Below, in pieces: positions 9,289 to 18,448 of a stretch of 64,000 bases of DNA (the stretch's first letter is position 1; each line of letters opens with the position of its first letter). The translations under genes and the position numbers were made by a program. Source of the stretch: a virus (taxonomy: Duplodnaviria; Caudoviricetes). Location: positions 128,001 through 192,000 of the IMG/VR virus record IMGVR_UViG_3300030117_007612; one strand, given 5' to 3'. The notes under the pieces were generated by a model that ran no database searches, was not told the DNA's origin, and saw only the letters and a list, made by a program, of their open reading frames with translations.

Positions 9289-12261
9289 ATGTCAGTAAAG
9301 AATTTCAAATTCGTCTCGCCGGGAGTCTTTATCAATGAAATTGATAACTCTTTTATTCCCAGAACAGCAGATGTAATTGGACCAGTTGTTATAGGTAGAT
9401 CTGAACGAGGTCAAGGCCTTCGACCAGTAAAGGTAGATTCTTTTTCTCAATTTGTAGAGAATTTTGGATATCCAATTGCCGGCGGCGCTGGGGACGACGT
9501 CTCTAGACAGGGAAATTATATCGGCCCAACCTATGGCCCGTTTGCGGCTCAAGCATATTTAAGGTCAAATGTTGGCCCTGTTACTTTTGTCAGGCTTCTG
9601 GGATCCCAGCACGACGATTATGAATCATCTGCCGGCGAGGCTGGATGGAAACTGGCGGACGCGTCCACAGCTGCAGCAAGCAACGGTGGCGCATATGGTT
9701 TGTTGGTCATTCCTTCGGCGTCGACGACCACTGTTTGCACCGGTACTTTGGCTGCCGTTTGGTACCTGAAGCAAGGGTACAATATTGTTTTATCGGGCAG
9801 CATTAGAGGGCACAACACCGGCTCAGCCTCAACCCTTACGGGCTCTGCTGCTTGGTTCCACTCGGATACAGATGCGCTTGATACCGACAACAACACGTTT
9901 ACGGTAATAGTCCAAGATAGCACTGCCGATACCCCGGGCCAGATTATTAAGACAAATTTCAATTTTAATGATAACAGCGAAAAGTTTATTCGTAAAAGAT
10001 TTAATACAAACCCACAATTAACGAACACAACGATTACAGCAACAGATAATCAAGAAAAATACTGGCTTGGTGAGACATATGAAAACCAAGTCAGAAAACT
10101 TGGACTTTCAGGCTCAATGTTGGGTGCAATTGTGGCAATTCAATCAGGATCGTACGGATACCACACAAATCAACAAAGTTATCAAAATGCAGTCGCTGGT
10201 TGGTTTATTGGACAAGACCTTACCACCGATTACGCAACATTTAACCCAAACAACAACAGCCGCGCACCACAGCTTTTTAGATTGCACGGATTAGAGAATG
10301 GAGAGTGGTTACACAAAAATGTTAAAGTTTCAATTGAAAGAATTAAGAGATCGACTAGCAAAAACGACAGATTCGGTTCATTCTCGGTCGTTCTCAGAAA
10401 CATTAGAGACAACGATAACGCTGTAAAGATAATTGAAAGATTCGATAACTGCAACTTGGATCCGTCTTCTCCAAATTATGTCGCAAGAAAAATTGGAGAT
10501 CAATACTACACTTGGAACGAAGGGGAGAGAAGATTACGCCTGCAGGGTGACTTTAAGAACCAATCTAAATTTGTTCGCGTTGAAGTTGCTAATTCTGTAG
10601 CAGAAGGATCTGTAGATCCGGTCTATCTGCCATTTGGCTATTATGGACCACCCAAGCCTAGAGATTTCTTGTTGATGAGTGGTAACGTTGCCGCCCACGC
10701 AGTAGGGTTTCCAGCATATGATGCATCAGGCTCGTACCCGGGAACTTTCTTAGAAATGCCGGGCGTTCCACAAGGCACTGGTTACCACTTTATAAAGGGT
10801 CAAGGCGAAATTGCTGAAGCTGATTACGATCAAATTAAGAATGTCACGACCACAAAAACATATCCCGGCGTTGCTGGCATCCCTCACCTTGTTAATCCAT
10901 TTAACTTAAGAATTACTGCATCGATTAACTTCCCTGCAGCACAATTAAGAGTAAGTGCATCTGATGCCACTATGGGATCTTTAAGGAAAGCATATTTTGG
11001 ATTCCAAACAGGCCGCAACCGATTCAGCACCGCATATGACCAGAGCACCCCCGAGGCGCTTAGAGCCTTGCCGGCCGGCCTAACAGCCACATCGACCGGT
11101 ATGGAGTATTCACATACATTTACGCTCGATGATATCGTTAGAAAGGGCAACGATGCTGAATATGCTTCTGGCTCTAGAGTTGCAGGAACGTCTTGCACGG
11201 CTGTTTCAAGTTCTTATGAAGGTATTCTCGATGCAGGATATGACAAGTTTACAGCGCCATTTGCCGGCGGCTTTGATGGTTTCGATATTACCGAAGCAGA
11301 GCCGCTTAGAAACAGTGGCTTTAGTACGACCACCACGCAAACCAACAACTATGCTTTTAACACAATCAAGAGAGCAATTGATACCGTGGCGGATCCAGAG
11401 TTCGTAGAGATGAATCTGGCCACCGTTCCCGGCTTAACTAACGCCCAGCTTACAACACATCTGATGAACGTATGTGAAGATCGCGGCGATGCATTAGCGG
11501 TTATTGACATCGAGAATGTATATACTGCTGACACCGAGGGCACTGAGAGTATAACAGAAAGAAAAGGTACAGTATCCAATGCTGTTTCGACACTGAGAGC
11601 CAGAAGCCTAGATAGCAGCTATGGTTGCACATTCTACCCGTGGGTTCAAATTAAAGATGAAACGTCCGGACGAATATTCTGGGTACCACCATCTGTTCCG
11701 ATGCTTGGTGTTTTTGCCAGTTCGGAGGCAAAATCAGAACTTTGGTTCGCACCAGCAGGATTCAATAGAGGCGGCTTAAGCCAAGGCGCCGCAGGCCTAC
11801 CGGTACTGTCAGTTTCCGATAGGTTGACGTCAAAAGATAGAGATAAGCTTTATGAAGCAAATATTAATCCAATTGCGTCTTTCCCATCAAATGGAATTGT
11901 AGTATTTGGACAGAAAACCCTACAAGACACTCAATCTGCACTTGATCGCATTAATGTGAGAAGGCTTACAATTTATCTCAAGAAACAGATTTCCAGAATG
12001 GCAACAAGGGTTCTTTTTGACCAAAATGTTGAAGCCACGTGGAATAGATTTATTGCATTAGTCGAGCCGTTCCTTGCGAACACTAAGGCTAGATTTGGAA
12101 TTTCGGAATACCGACTTATACTTGATGAGTCTACTACCACACCAGACCTGATTGATCAAAACATTTTGTATGCCAAAATAATGATTAAGCCGACAAGGGC
12201 TATCGAATTTATTGCAATCGACTTCGTCGTTGCTTCAACAGGCGCATCATTTGATGATTAA
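9289..12261 (+). CDS. Contractile tail sheath protein 2 (paralog)
   Basis: Same sheath motifs; termini nearly identical to 6132..9161. Confidence 0.95.
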   Translation: MSVKNFKFVSPGVFINEIDNSFIPRTADVIGPVVIGRSERGQGLRPVKVDSFSQFVENFGYPIAGGAGDDVSRQGNYIGPTYGPFAAQAYLRSNVGPVTFVRLLGSQHDDYESSAGEAGWKLADASTAAASNGGAYGLLVIPSASTTTVCTGTLAAVWYLKQGYNIVLSGSIRGHNTGSASTLTGSAAWFHSDTDALDTDNNTFTVIVQDSTADTPGQIIKTNFNFNDNSEKFIRKRFNTNPQLTNTTITATDNQEKYWLGETYENQVRKLGLSGSMLGAIVAIQSGSYGYHTNQQSYQNAVAGWFIGQDLTTDYATFNPNNNSRAPQLFRLHGLENGEWLHKNVKVSIERIKRSTSKNDRFGSFSVVLRNIRDNDNAVKIIERFDNCNLDPSSPNYVARKIGDQYYTWNEGERRLRLQGDFKNQSKFVRVEVANSVAEGSVDPVYLPFGYYGPPKPRDFLLMSGNVAAHAVGFPAYDASGSYPGTFLEMPGVPQGTGYHFIKGQGEIAEADYDQIKNVTTTKTYPGVAGIPHLVNPFNLRITASINFPAAQLRVSASDATMGSLRKAYFGFQTGRNRFSTAYDQSTPEALRALPAGLTATSTGMEYSHTFTLDDIVRKGNDAEYASGSRVAGTSCTAVSSSYEGILDAGYDKFTAPFAGGFDGFDITEAEPLRNSGFSTTTTQTNNYAFNTIKRAIDTVADPEFVEMNLATVPGLTNAQLTTHLMNVCEDRGDALAVIDIENVYTADTEGTESITERKGTVSNAVSTLRARSLDSSYGCTFYPWVQIKDETSGRIFWVPPSVPMLGVFASSEAKSELWFAPAGFNRGGLSQGAAGLPVLSVSDRLTSKDRDKLYEANINPIASFPSNGIVVFGQKTLQDTQSALDRINVRRLTIYLKKQISRMATRVLFDQNVEATWNRFIALVEPFLANTKARFGISEYRLILDESTTTPDLIDQNILYAKIMIKPTRAIEFIAIDFVVASTGASFDD

Positions 12262-12292
12262 TAAATAAGAGGGGTCTTTTTCCTCTTGCAAC

Positions 12293-12300
12293 ACTACTTA
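12293..12300 (+). promoter_or_regulatory. Putative late-promoter motif ACTACTTA
   Basis: Motif about 25 nt before tail tube gene. Confidence 0.6.
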
Positions 12301-12324
12301 TTTTAGAAAGGAGTTACAAACATA

Positions 12325-12930
12325 ATGGCATTTTGGGCAGAAAATTTCGGAGACGACGCTAGCCTTAGAGATCCGAAAAGAAATTTTAGATTTAAGGTTG
12401 AGTTTTCGAACGTAGACAGTAAGACGGGAGGTCCTATACTTTGGTTCGCAAAGTCGGTTAATAAGCCGAGTTTTACGGTCGCTAATGCGGAACATAAGTA
12501 CCTAAACCACACCTTCTATTATCCCGGTTCAGTTACTTGGAACGAGATTACAATTGAATTGGTCGATCCGGTCGATCCAGACGTTGCCGCTACCATTAGC
12601 TCAATCGTGCAGGAGTCTGGCTATTCGCCCCCTTCCGATGTTAACTCTCTTGGTACCATGTCAAAAGCCGGCGCCGCATCTTCGCTTGGACAAGTTTTTG
12701 TTTCCCAGATTGACGGTACTGGACAAACTATTGAAAAATGGACCCTTTGGAATGCTTGGGTTCAAGATGTGAAATATGGCGACTTAGAATATGGAAACGA
12801 TGAGTTAACAAATATTTCTGTTGTGTTAAGATATGATTGGGCGCGCCTTGAGACCAACACTGCTGGTTCTGTTACAGCCGGCGGAACAGGCGTTAACAAC
12901 TTCTTTACTCCTGACGGAAGCTCCGTTTAA
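12325..12930 (+). CDS. Tail tube protein (T4 gp19-like)
   Basis: DPKRNFRFKVEF, HKYLNHTFYYPGSVTWNEITI, EKWTLWNAW..VKYGDLEY..VLRYDWA; follows the sheath genes. Confidence 0.9.
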   Translation: MAFWAENFGDDASLRDPKRNFRFKVEFSNVDSKTGGPILWFAKSVNKPSFTVANAEHKYLNHTFYYPGSVTWNEITIELVDPVDPDVAATISSIVQESGYSPPSDVNSLGTMSKAGAASSLGQVFVSQIDGTGQTIEKWTLWNAWVQDVKYGDLEYGNDELTNISVVLRYDWARLETNTAGSVTAGGTGVNNFFTPDGSSV

Positions 12931-12957
12931 TATGACTAACAAATTGAGAGGTGAAAT

Positions 12958-13815
12958 TTGAGTCGAAATAACCCCGAACGCTTGGGTGCCAACATGCAAG
13001 ACGCGGGAGCAGCACCCCCGAACGTTCAACAAGAAACAGAAAGTACCTTTTCTTATGTAGTTCCAACTGAATTTGTAGAATTGCCATCGAAAGGTAAACA
13101 TTATCCTCCCGGCCACCCGCTACATGGGCAGCAGCACATTGAGGTGCGACATATGACCGCAAAAGAGGAAGATATTTTAACATCTAGAACTTTGCTCAAG
13201 CAAGGTGTCGCTTTGGATCGTGTTTTGAGCAATATAATTGTAAATAAGCAAATCAACATAGACAGCATGCTGATTGGTGATAAAAATGCCATGATAGTAG
13301 CAGCCAGAGTTTCTGCATACGGCAGCGACTACAGAACGGCGGTTACATGCCCTGCCTGCTCAGAAACAACAAAATATTCGTTCAATTTGAACCAATGCGA
13401 TATTTTTGAGGGAGACCCCGATAATCCACTGGCAGTACAGCCAACAGAAAATGGAACGTTCTTACTTCAGCTTCCAACCACTGGAGTTACAGTTGAGTTT
13501 AGGCTTCTTACTGGGATGGACGAGAAACGTCTCGTCAAGGGCACCGAAATGGATCGCAAGTCAAAAAGAGGCGAAAAAAACGTGACACGACAATTAAAAC
13601 AATTTGTGGTATCTGTCAACGGCAGCAACAACCCTGCTGATGTAAACGGTTTTATTGAGAATATGCCATCCATGGACGCAAGACAAATTCGCTTGGCATA
13701 TAAATTGACAGCTCCAAATGTTGATTTAACACAAAATTTCGTTTGTCCGTCCTGCGATCATGAACAGGAAATGGAGGTTCCGTTAACCGCGGACTTTTTT
13801 TGGCCTGACCGATGA
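12958..13815 (+). CDS. Baseplate-hub/tail assembly chaperone (T4 gp26-like)
   Basis: TTG start with SD GAGGTG; VELPSKGKHY, MTAKEEDILTS, two CPxC motifs, ends ADFFWPDR. Confidence 0.75.
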   Translation: MSRNNPERLGANMQDAGAAPPNVQQETESTFSYVVPTEFVELPSKGKHYPPGHPLHGQQHIEVRHMTAKEEDILTSRTLLKQGVALDRVLSNIIVNKQINIDSMLIGDKNAMIVAARVSAYGSDYRTAVTCPACSETTKYSFNLNQCDIFEGDPDNPLAVQPTENGTFLLQLPTTGVTVEFRLLTGMDEKRLVKGTEMDRKSKRGEKNVTRQLKQFVVSVNGSNNPADVNGFIENMPSMDARQIRLAYKLTAPNVDLTQNFVCPSCDHEQEMEVPLTADFFWPDR

Positions 13816-14035
13816 TTATATGCTCAATGTTTATGAGCAATTCTTTTTCCTAAAATATTCAGGAGGCTGGAGCTTTTCAGAAGCCTACAATTTACCAATT
13901 GGGCTGAGAAAGTGGTTTGTAGAAAGACTACTAAAACAGCTAGAAGATGAAAAGAAGGCAATTGAAGGAGCTTCGTCCGGACGCGGCCGCCAAACGTATA
14001 CTTTGTCGCCCGAGAATCAACCAAAAATGCCATGA
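13796..14035 (+). CDS. Chaperone C-terminal extension, probably reached by programmed frameshift (or independent start ATG 13820)
   Basis: +1 frame opens after TAA 13784-13786 and passes through the T7 run at 13795-13801; no SD before ATG 13820. Confidence 0.65.
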   Translation, partial: FFGLTDDYMLNVYEQFFFLKYSGGWSFSEAYNLPIGLRKWFVERLLKQLEDEKKAIEGASSGRGRQTYTLSPENQPKMP

Positions 14036-14039
14036 CAAT

Positions 14040-14066
14040 AAAACCCTGAAGTGTTCAGGGTTTTTT
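14040..14066 (+). terminator. Intrinsic terminator
   Basis: AAAACCCTGAA-gtg-TTCAGGGTTTTTT. Confidence 0.9.
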
Positions 14067-14078
14067 ATTACAGTTTAA

Positions 14079-14086
14079 ACTAATTA
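14079..14086 (+). promoter_or_regulatory. Putative late-promoter motif ACTAATTA
   Basis: Immediately after a terminator, 25 nt before the next gene. Confidence 0.6.
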
Positions 14087-14110
14087 CTACTGATTCAGGA
14101 GAATTTTAAT

Positions 14111-14437
14111 ATGTCGGATGATTTGCAACCCATTATTATCGATTTTAACGAGTGCTCGAATGACACCTTAAACGAAAGTTTTTTAAAAATGTTTGGGTTT
14201 GCTGTCAAGAGTATTCTTAAGTACATGTTCAATGATTCCCCGATCCCTGTAAAAATTAAGGGCCACCCCACTCAGGTTAAATCGTTCGTAAACGCTCTTG
14301 CGCAAGAAAAAAGATATTTGGATTCCTACAAGCAGTTTGGACTAGACGATCCAAGAACTCTCCAAGATAAGTCAATTCTAACCCAATCAGTTAGAAAATT
14401 TGAAAGAGCAACGGGGCTAAAGTGGCCCTTTAAATAG
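14111..14437 (+). CDS. Hypothetical late protein
   Basis: 108-aa ORF with SD AGGAG, directly before tape measure. Confidence 0.7.
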   Translation: MSDDLQPIIIDFNECSNDTLNESFLKMFGFAVKSILKYMFNDSPIPVKIKGHPTQVKSFVNALAQEKRYLDSYKQFGLDDPRTLQDKSILTQSVRKFERATGLKWPFK

Positions 14438-14447
14438 GAGCTAGTAA

Positions 14448-17126
14448 ATGTCGCAAATCTTTACTAAAGAAGAATTAGAAAGAACCCAAGAGCTTCTAAG
14501 CGCTTTAGAAGAGATCAAGAAAGCGAAAAAAGAAGGCGCTCAATTAGAGCAAAAACAGCTTGATCTTCTAGCGCAACACAATATCGCTGAATCGGAAGTG
14601 AACAAGTCGCTAAACGAACAGCGCGTCATTCTCCGAGAAATATTGGGCCTTCGTGAGAAGAACTCAACAGAAATTCAAGAGCGAATAGACCAGCTTAATA
14701 CACAGAAAGGAATTTTAGAGGCCCATAAAAAAAGCTTTGAAGACCTTGTTGATTTAGCAGAGGTGAATAAAGAAATAGAAGCCTCTAAGTTGGCTAAAAT
14801 TGAAGACCAGTATAAACAAGGTCAGCTGACTTACGCACAGTACCTGCAACAAATTAGGGCTGCAAAAGCTGACTTAGAAGTTGCTACTGAAAAGCTAGAT
14901 GTTTTAAATGAACAAGCAGATGCCGGCACAAGAGTTGGCAACACTCTGGCTCGTGTTTTGGGTATAAGCCAAAAAACACACACATCTTTCGCCAAAGATC
15001 TTGTTTTAATGATGTTCCAAGAAAATAGCTTGAAAAAAATGTCTGCGGCGATGGGCGGTTTCGCTGGTATCTTGGACAGTATTGGAAACAAAGGCATTGA
15101 GTCTCTTACTGCTCTCTTCATGGTGGCTGCCAAATTAGCTATATCAATATATGATGTAGGGGTAAATCTTCGAATGACAACCGGGATGAGTGCCGCTATG
15201 GCAACTGAAGCACAGAATGTGGCCAAGAGTTTTGTCGAGCTAGGTTACACCACAGAACAAGTACAGGAATCATTTTCGGAGCTTTTCACAACCGTGAGTG
15301 AGTTTTCAATGATGACTCCAGCAGCAAGAGCACAGATACAAGATTTAGCCATGGCAGCGCAAAAAGCGGGTGTTTCTTTTGGCGACTTCTCTAAAGCAAC
15401 GCAGGTCAGCGGTAGAATAATGGGCCTTTCAGGTGTGGCGGCCGCTGAGAATGCAGCACAATTAGGACATTACGCAGCTTCGATTGGAATGGTTCCTTCA
15501 ACTATCATTGGAGCGATGGACTCGGTAGTCCCCTCAATTGCAGCGATGGGTAAAGGCATGGGCAAAGAAATGAGAGCCTTGACCCGTATTCAGAAAGCAA
15601 CAGGAATTGAAATGCAAAGATTAATTTCAATTAGTGATCAATTTGATACATTTGAGGGATCAGCGAAAGCTGTAGGTAGCCTAAACGCCATGCTTGGTGG
15701 AGACTTTGTAAACGCACTAGATCTTATGATGGCGAGAAGCCCGTCAGAAAGATTTATGATGTTAAAAGATGCTTTAGATGCTGCAGGTAAATCTTTCGAT
15801 ACAATGGCTTACTTTGAAAAGAAAGCGATAGCTGAAGCCATAGGGTTCTCTTCTGTTGGTGAATTGGCTATGATGATGCGCGGCGAATTTGACCTTCTCG
15901 GAGAAACGGCCAACAAAACCTCTGAAGATTGGGCCAAGTATTATCGGGAACAACAACAACTTAAAGACTTTATGTCCGAGTTGAGAACAATTGCTATTGA
16001 GCTAGCACCAGACATGGTTAAGTTAGCCAAAGGATTTGCAAAATTTATACATTGGGTCAAACAGCCAGATAACTTAAAAATGATGAAGGGTATGATTTTC
16101 GCCATGATAGGCATGAAAGTCGCCTCTTTTGGCCTTGCTGCTGCGCAGACAGCCGCAGCCTTAAGCTCAGGAAAAATGTACTTCACAATCGGCCTCCTCG
16201 CAGGTGCACTTGGTGGATTAGCTTATCTTATGTTTGAGAAACCTTGGGCTTCTAACATGGTTGAGGGATTTTTTAAATTTGCGGCCGCAATATTTATATT
16301 AGGAAAAGTAGGAGACGTGGCAGGAAAAGGCCTAGCGAAGATGACTATGCCGCTGTTGGGCATAGGCGCAGCTGCAGTCTTGATGGGCGGCGGAATCGCC
16401 CTTGCAACATTAGGAATATCCAAGATGATCTCCTCATTTGCAGGCTTGGGAGAAGCCGCGGGACCAGCAGCATGGGCTGTCGGGGCCCTGATGCTTGGGT
16501 TCGTCCTCCTCGTTGGCACATTGGCAGCGATAGCCATAGCCGCAGCGCCGGCGGTTCCACTAATTTTCATGCTTGGCGCCGCCGTCGGACTAATAGGCTT
16601 GGGAATTGGCCTTGCCGCAGCAGGAATGTCTTTATTTGTTGGAGCGCTGAGTGAATTGTTTACAAATATTAATCCTTTGGACTTAGCAGTGGGTATCGGC
16701 GCCATGGCCGCGGCCCTACCACTCCTTGCTTATGCTGCTGGAATAGCCATCCTGCCACTGGGCGGCCTTGCTGGGGCATTCCTTGGCTTAGCCGGCGGCG
16801 TTGTAGCGCTTACTGCTGCCCTTGGAAAGCTAGAAAAACTAGAAGGCTTCCCCAACCTGCAGGCGGCAATAGTCCAAAAAGTGATGGCGGTAACTGTGGG
16901 CGCCGGCGAAGCGGGCGGTCGTGCCGCCGCGGCAGCCGTTGTGACCGCTGGTACTGCTGCCAGATCTCTTCCCGGCGCGCCGAGTACCCGCACCGCAGCA
17001 GGGGCAGGCACCGGTAATATCGTGGTTCAATTAGATCGACAAGGAACAATAGACTTCTTGGGAGGCAAGCCAGTTACATATGAACATCTTGAAGGCCGTA
17101 TCAAGCAAGGTACCGGTACTGGGTGA
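14448..17126 (+). CDS. Tail tape measure protein
   Basis: 892 aa; coiled-coil N-terminus, Ala/Gly-rich helical middle, hydrophobic C-terminal helices; lies after chaperones. Confidence 0.8.
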   Translation: MSQIFTKEELERTQELLSALEEIKKAKKEGAQLEQKQLDLLAQHNIAESEVNKSLNEQRVILREILGLREKNSTEIQERIDQLNTQKGILEAHKKSFEDLVDLAEVNKEIEASKLAKIEDQYKQGQLTYAQYLQQIRAAKADLEVATEKLDVLNEQADAGTRVGNTLARVLGISQKTHTSFAKDLVLMMFQENSLKKMSAAMGGFAGILDSIGNKGIESLTALFMVAAKLAISIYDVGVNLRMTTGMSAAMATEAQNVAKSFVELGYTTEQVQESFSELFTTVSEFSMMTPAARAQIQDLAMAAQKAGVSFGDFSKATQVSGRIMGLSGVAAAENAAQLGHYAASIGMVPSTIIGAMDSVVPSIAAMGKGMGKEMRALTRIQKATGIEMQRLISISDQFDTFEGSAKAVGSLNAMLGGDFVNALDLMMARSPSERFMMLKDALDAAGKSFDTMAYFEKKAIAEAIGFSSVGELAMMMRGEFDLLGETANKTSEDWAKYYREQQQLKDFMSELRTIAIELAPDMVKLAKGFAKFIHWVKQPDNLKMMKGMIFAMIGMKVASFGLAAAQTAAALSSGKMYFTIGLLAGALGGLAYLMFEKPWASNMVEGFFKFAAAIFILGKVGDVAGKGLAKMTMPLLGIGAAAVLMGGGIALATLGISKMISSFAGLGEAAGPAAWAVGALMLGFVLLVGTLAAIAIAAAPAVPLIFMLGAAVGLIGLGIGLAAAGMSLFVGALSELFTNINPLDLAVGIGAMAAALPLLAYAAGIAILPLGGLAGAFLGLAGGVVALTAALGKLEKLEGFPNLQAAIVQKVMAVTVGAGEAGGRAAAAAVVTAGTAARSLPGAPSTRTAAGAGTGNIVVQLDRQGTIDFLGGKPVTYEHLEGRIKQGTGTG

Positions 17127-17197
17127 ACGCATTTAAAAGACAATTTAAATTAAACAATTATTTGAAAAGATAGTAGTTATAACAGAGGGAGAGAGCC

Positions 17198-18448
17198 ATG
17201 GCAGACGAAACCATACCAAATTTTAATACGAATAAGTACGCCTCGATTACTGGCGAAGTTCATAGAACAAACAGTACTCAGCGCCCGGGCGTGGCCACAT
17301 ATGCATTTAGCGATGGCTCGGATGATCTAGCGAATCTTAAACATTCAATACTTGGGTTCAAACATATCCCATCTGGAAATTCTGTATTTTTTAAAGCCTT
17401 TATAACTCAGTTTAATGAAAATTATGATTCTAGCTGGGAAAAGGCGACCGTGTTTGGTCGACCAGATCCTTTGTTGCAATTTCGCAACACACAAAGGAGC
17501 ATTTCAATCGGCTGGAATATTCCGGCTGCCAGTTTAGCTGAGGGCATCGAAAACTTAGAAAAAGTTCAAAACCTTATAAGGTACCAATACCCTTCCTATA
17601 ACACAACTACTGGCCCCGATAAAGATCTAGCGTACAATGCACTAGGCATGACGTCGCCACCGTTAGTGCGGCTAAAGTTTACCAACATGATAACCAACGC
17701 AGGCCCAACCAGTCCCACAGTCAGCATCGGTACTCCGCGCAATATGCGCCGGCGCCTAGGTATGCGCGCCGACCGTGCTAGCGGCGCACGTCCGGGAAGT
17801 GTTACATTTGAAACCAGCACCGATACGGGTCTTCTGGGTGTTATTTCAAGCATCACGGTTAACCATCATGTCGAAGGAGATGCTGGCGTTTTCCATGGCG
17901 ATGGAGCTATTGTTCCAAAGCTGATAGAAATAACTATGGAATTTAATCCGATTCACGAAGGCCTTCTTGGTTGGAACATGTCATCTGACAAGTGGGTTCC
18001 TGAGCGCGATAGCAACGGCAATGCCCTTCCTTCGCATAGATTACACAAATCCACCGCGATGGGTGGTTTTTCAGATTTCGACAAATCCAGATATGCTGGG
18101 TATGCCGGCAACAAGATGCAAACTTCGTTGGCTGCCCATTCTTCATTCCCGTACGGAATAGGTCCAGATTTTGATCCAATGCTGCAAGGGGAGACTCTCG
18201 ATGCCATGGCTAGCGCCCAAAGTGATAGGGTTGCCCTTCTTCAGGAGCGTGCTGATAAAGAAGCCGCCCGGCAAATTGCCCAAGTCAGGCATGCTGGCTT
18301 CATGGGGGGCGTTTTTAAACGCGCCGATGCCAAATACTATAATAAAAGAATGCGTGATCCATCTTTGAGAAGAGATCCCTATAGGATGGCGGCAGGTTAT
18401 GCTGCATCCGGATATCCGTCACCCGGCGACGAAGAAGGAGGAGGATAG
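17198..18448 (+). CDS. Baseplate/tube-initiator-like protein A (gp48/gp54 or CIS-tube-like)
   Basis: FKAFITQFNENYDSSW..VFGRPDP..NTQRSISIGW..PPLVRLKF; post-tape-measure position. Confidence 0.6.
   Translation: MADETIPNFNTNKYASITGEVHRTNSTQRPGVATYAFSDGSDDLANLKHSILGFKHIPSGNSVFFKAFITQFNENYDSSWEKATVFGRPDPLLQFRNTQRSISIGWNIPAASLAEGIENLEKVQNLIRYQYPSYNTTTGPDKDLAYNALGMTSPPLVRLKFTNMITNAGPTSPTVSIGTPRNMRRRLGMRADRASGARPGSVTFETSTDTGLLGVISSITVNHHVEGDAGVFHGDGAIVPKLIEITMEFNPIHEGLLGWNMSSDKWVPERDSNGNALPSHRLHKSTAMGGFSDFDKSRYAGYAGNKMQTSLAAHSSFPYGIGPDFDPMLQGETLDAMASAQSDRVALLQERADKEAARQIAQVRHAGFMGGVFKRADAKYYNKRMRDPSLRRDPYRMAAGYAASGYPSPGDEEGGG

Noticed and set aside
12267-12287. Hairpin AAGAGGGG/TTCCTCTT after sheath 2 as a forward terminator
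   Set aside because: It has no downstream T tract; more likely a stability element or a reverse-strand terminator.
16100-16850. Hydrophobic stretch resembling a transporter
   Set aside because: It is in frame within the tape-measure protein, where such helices are common.
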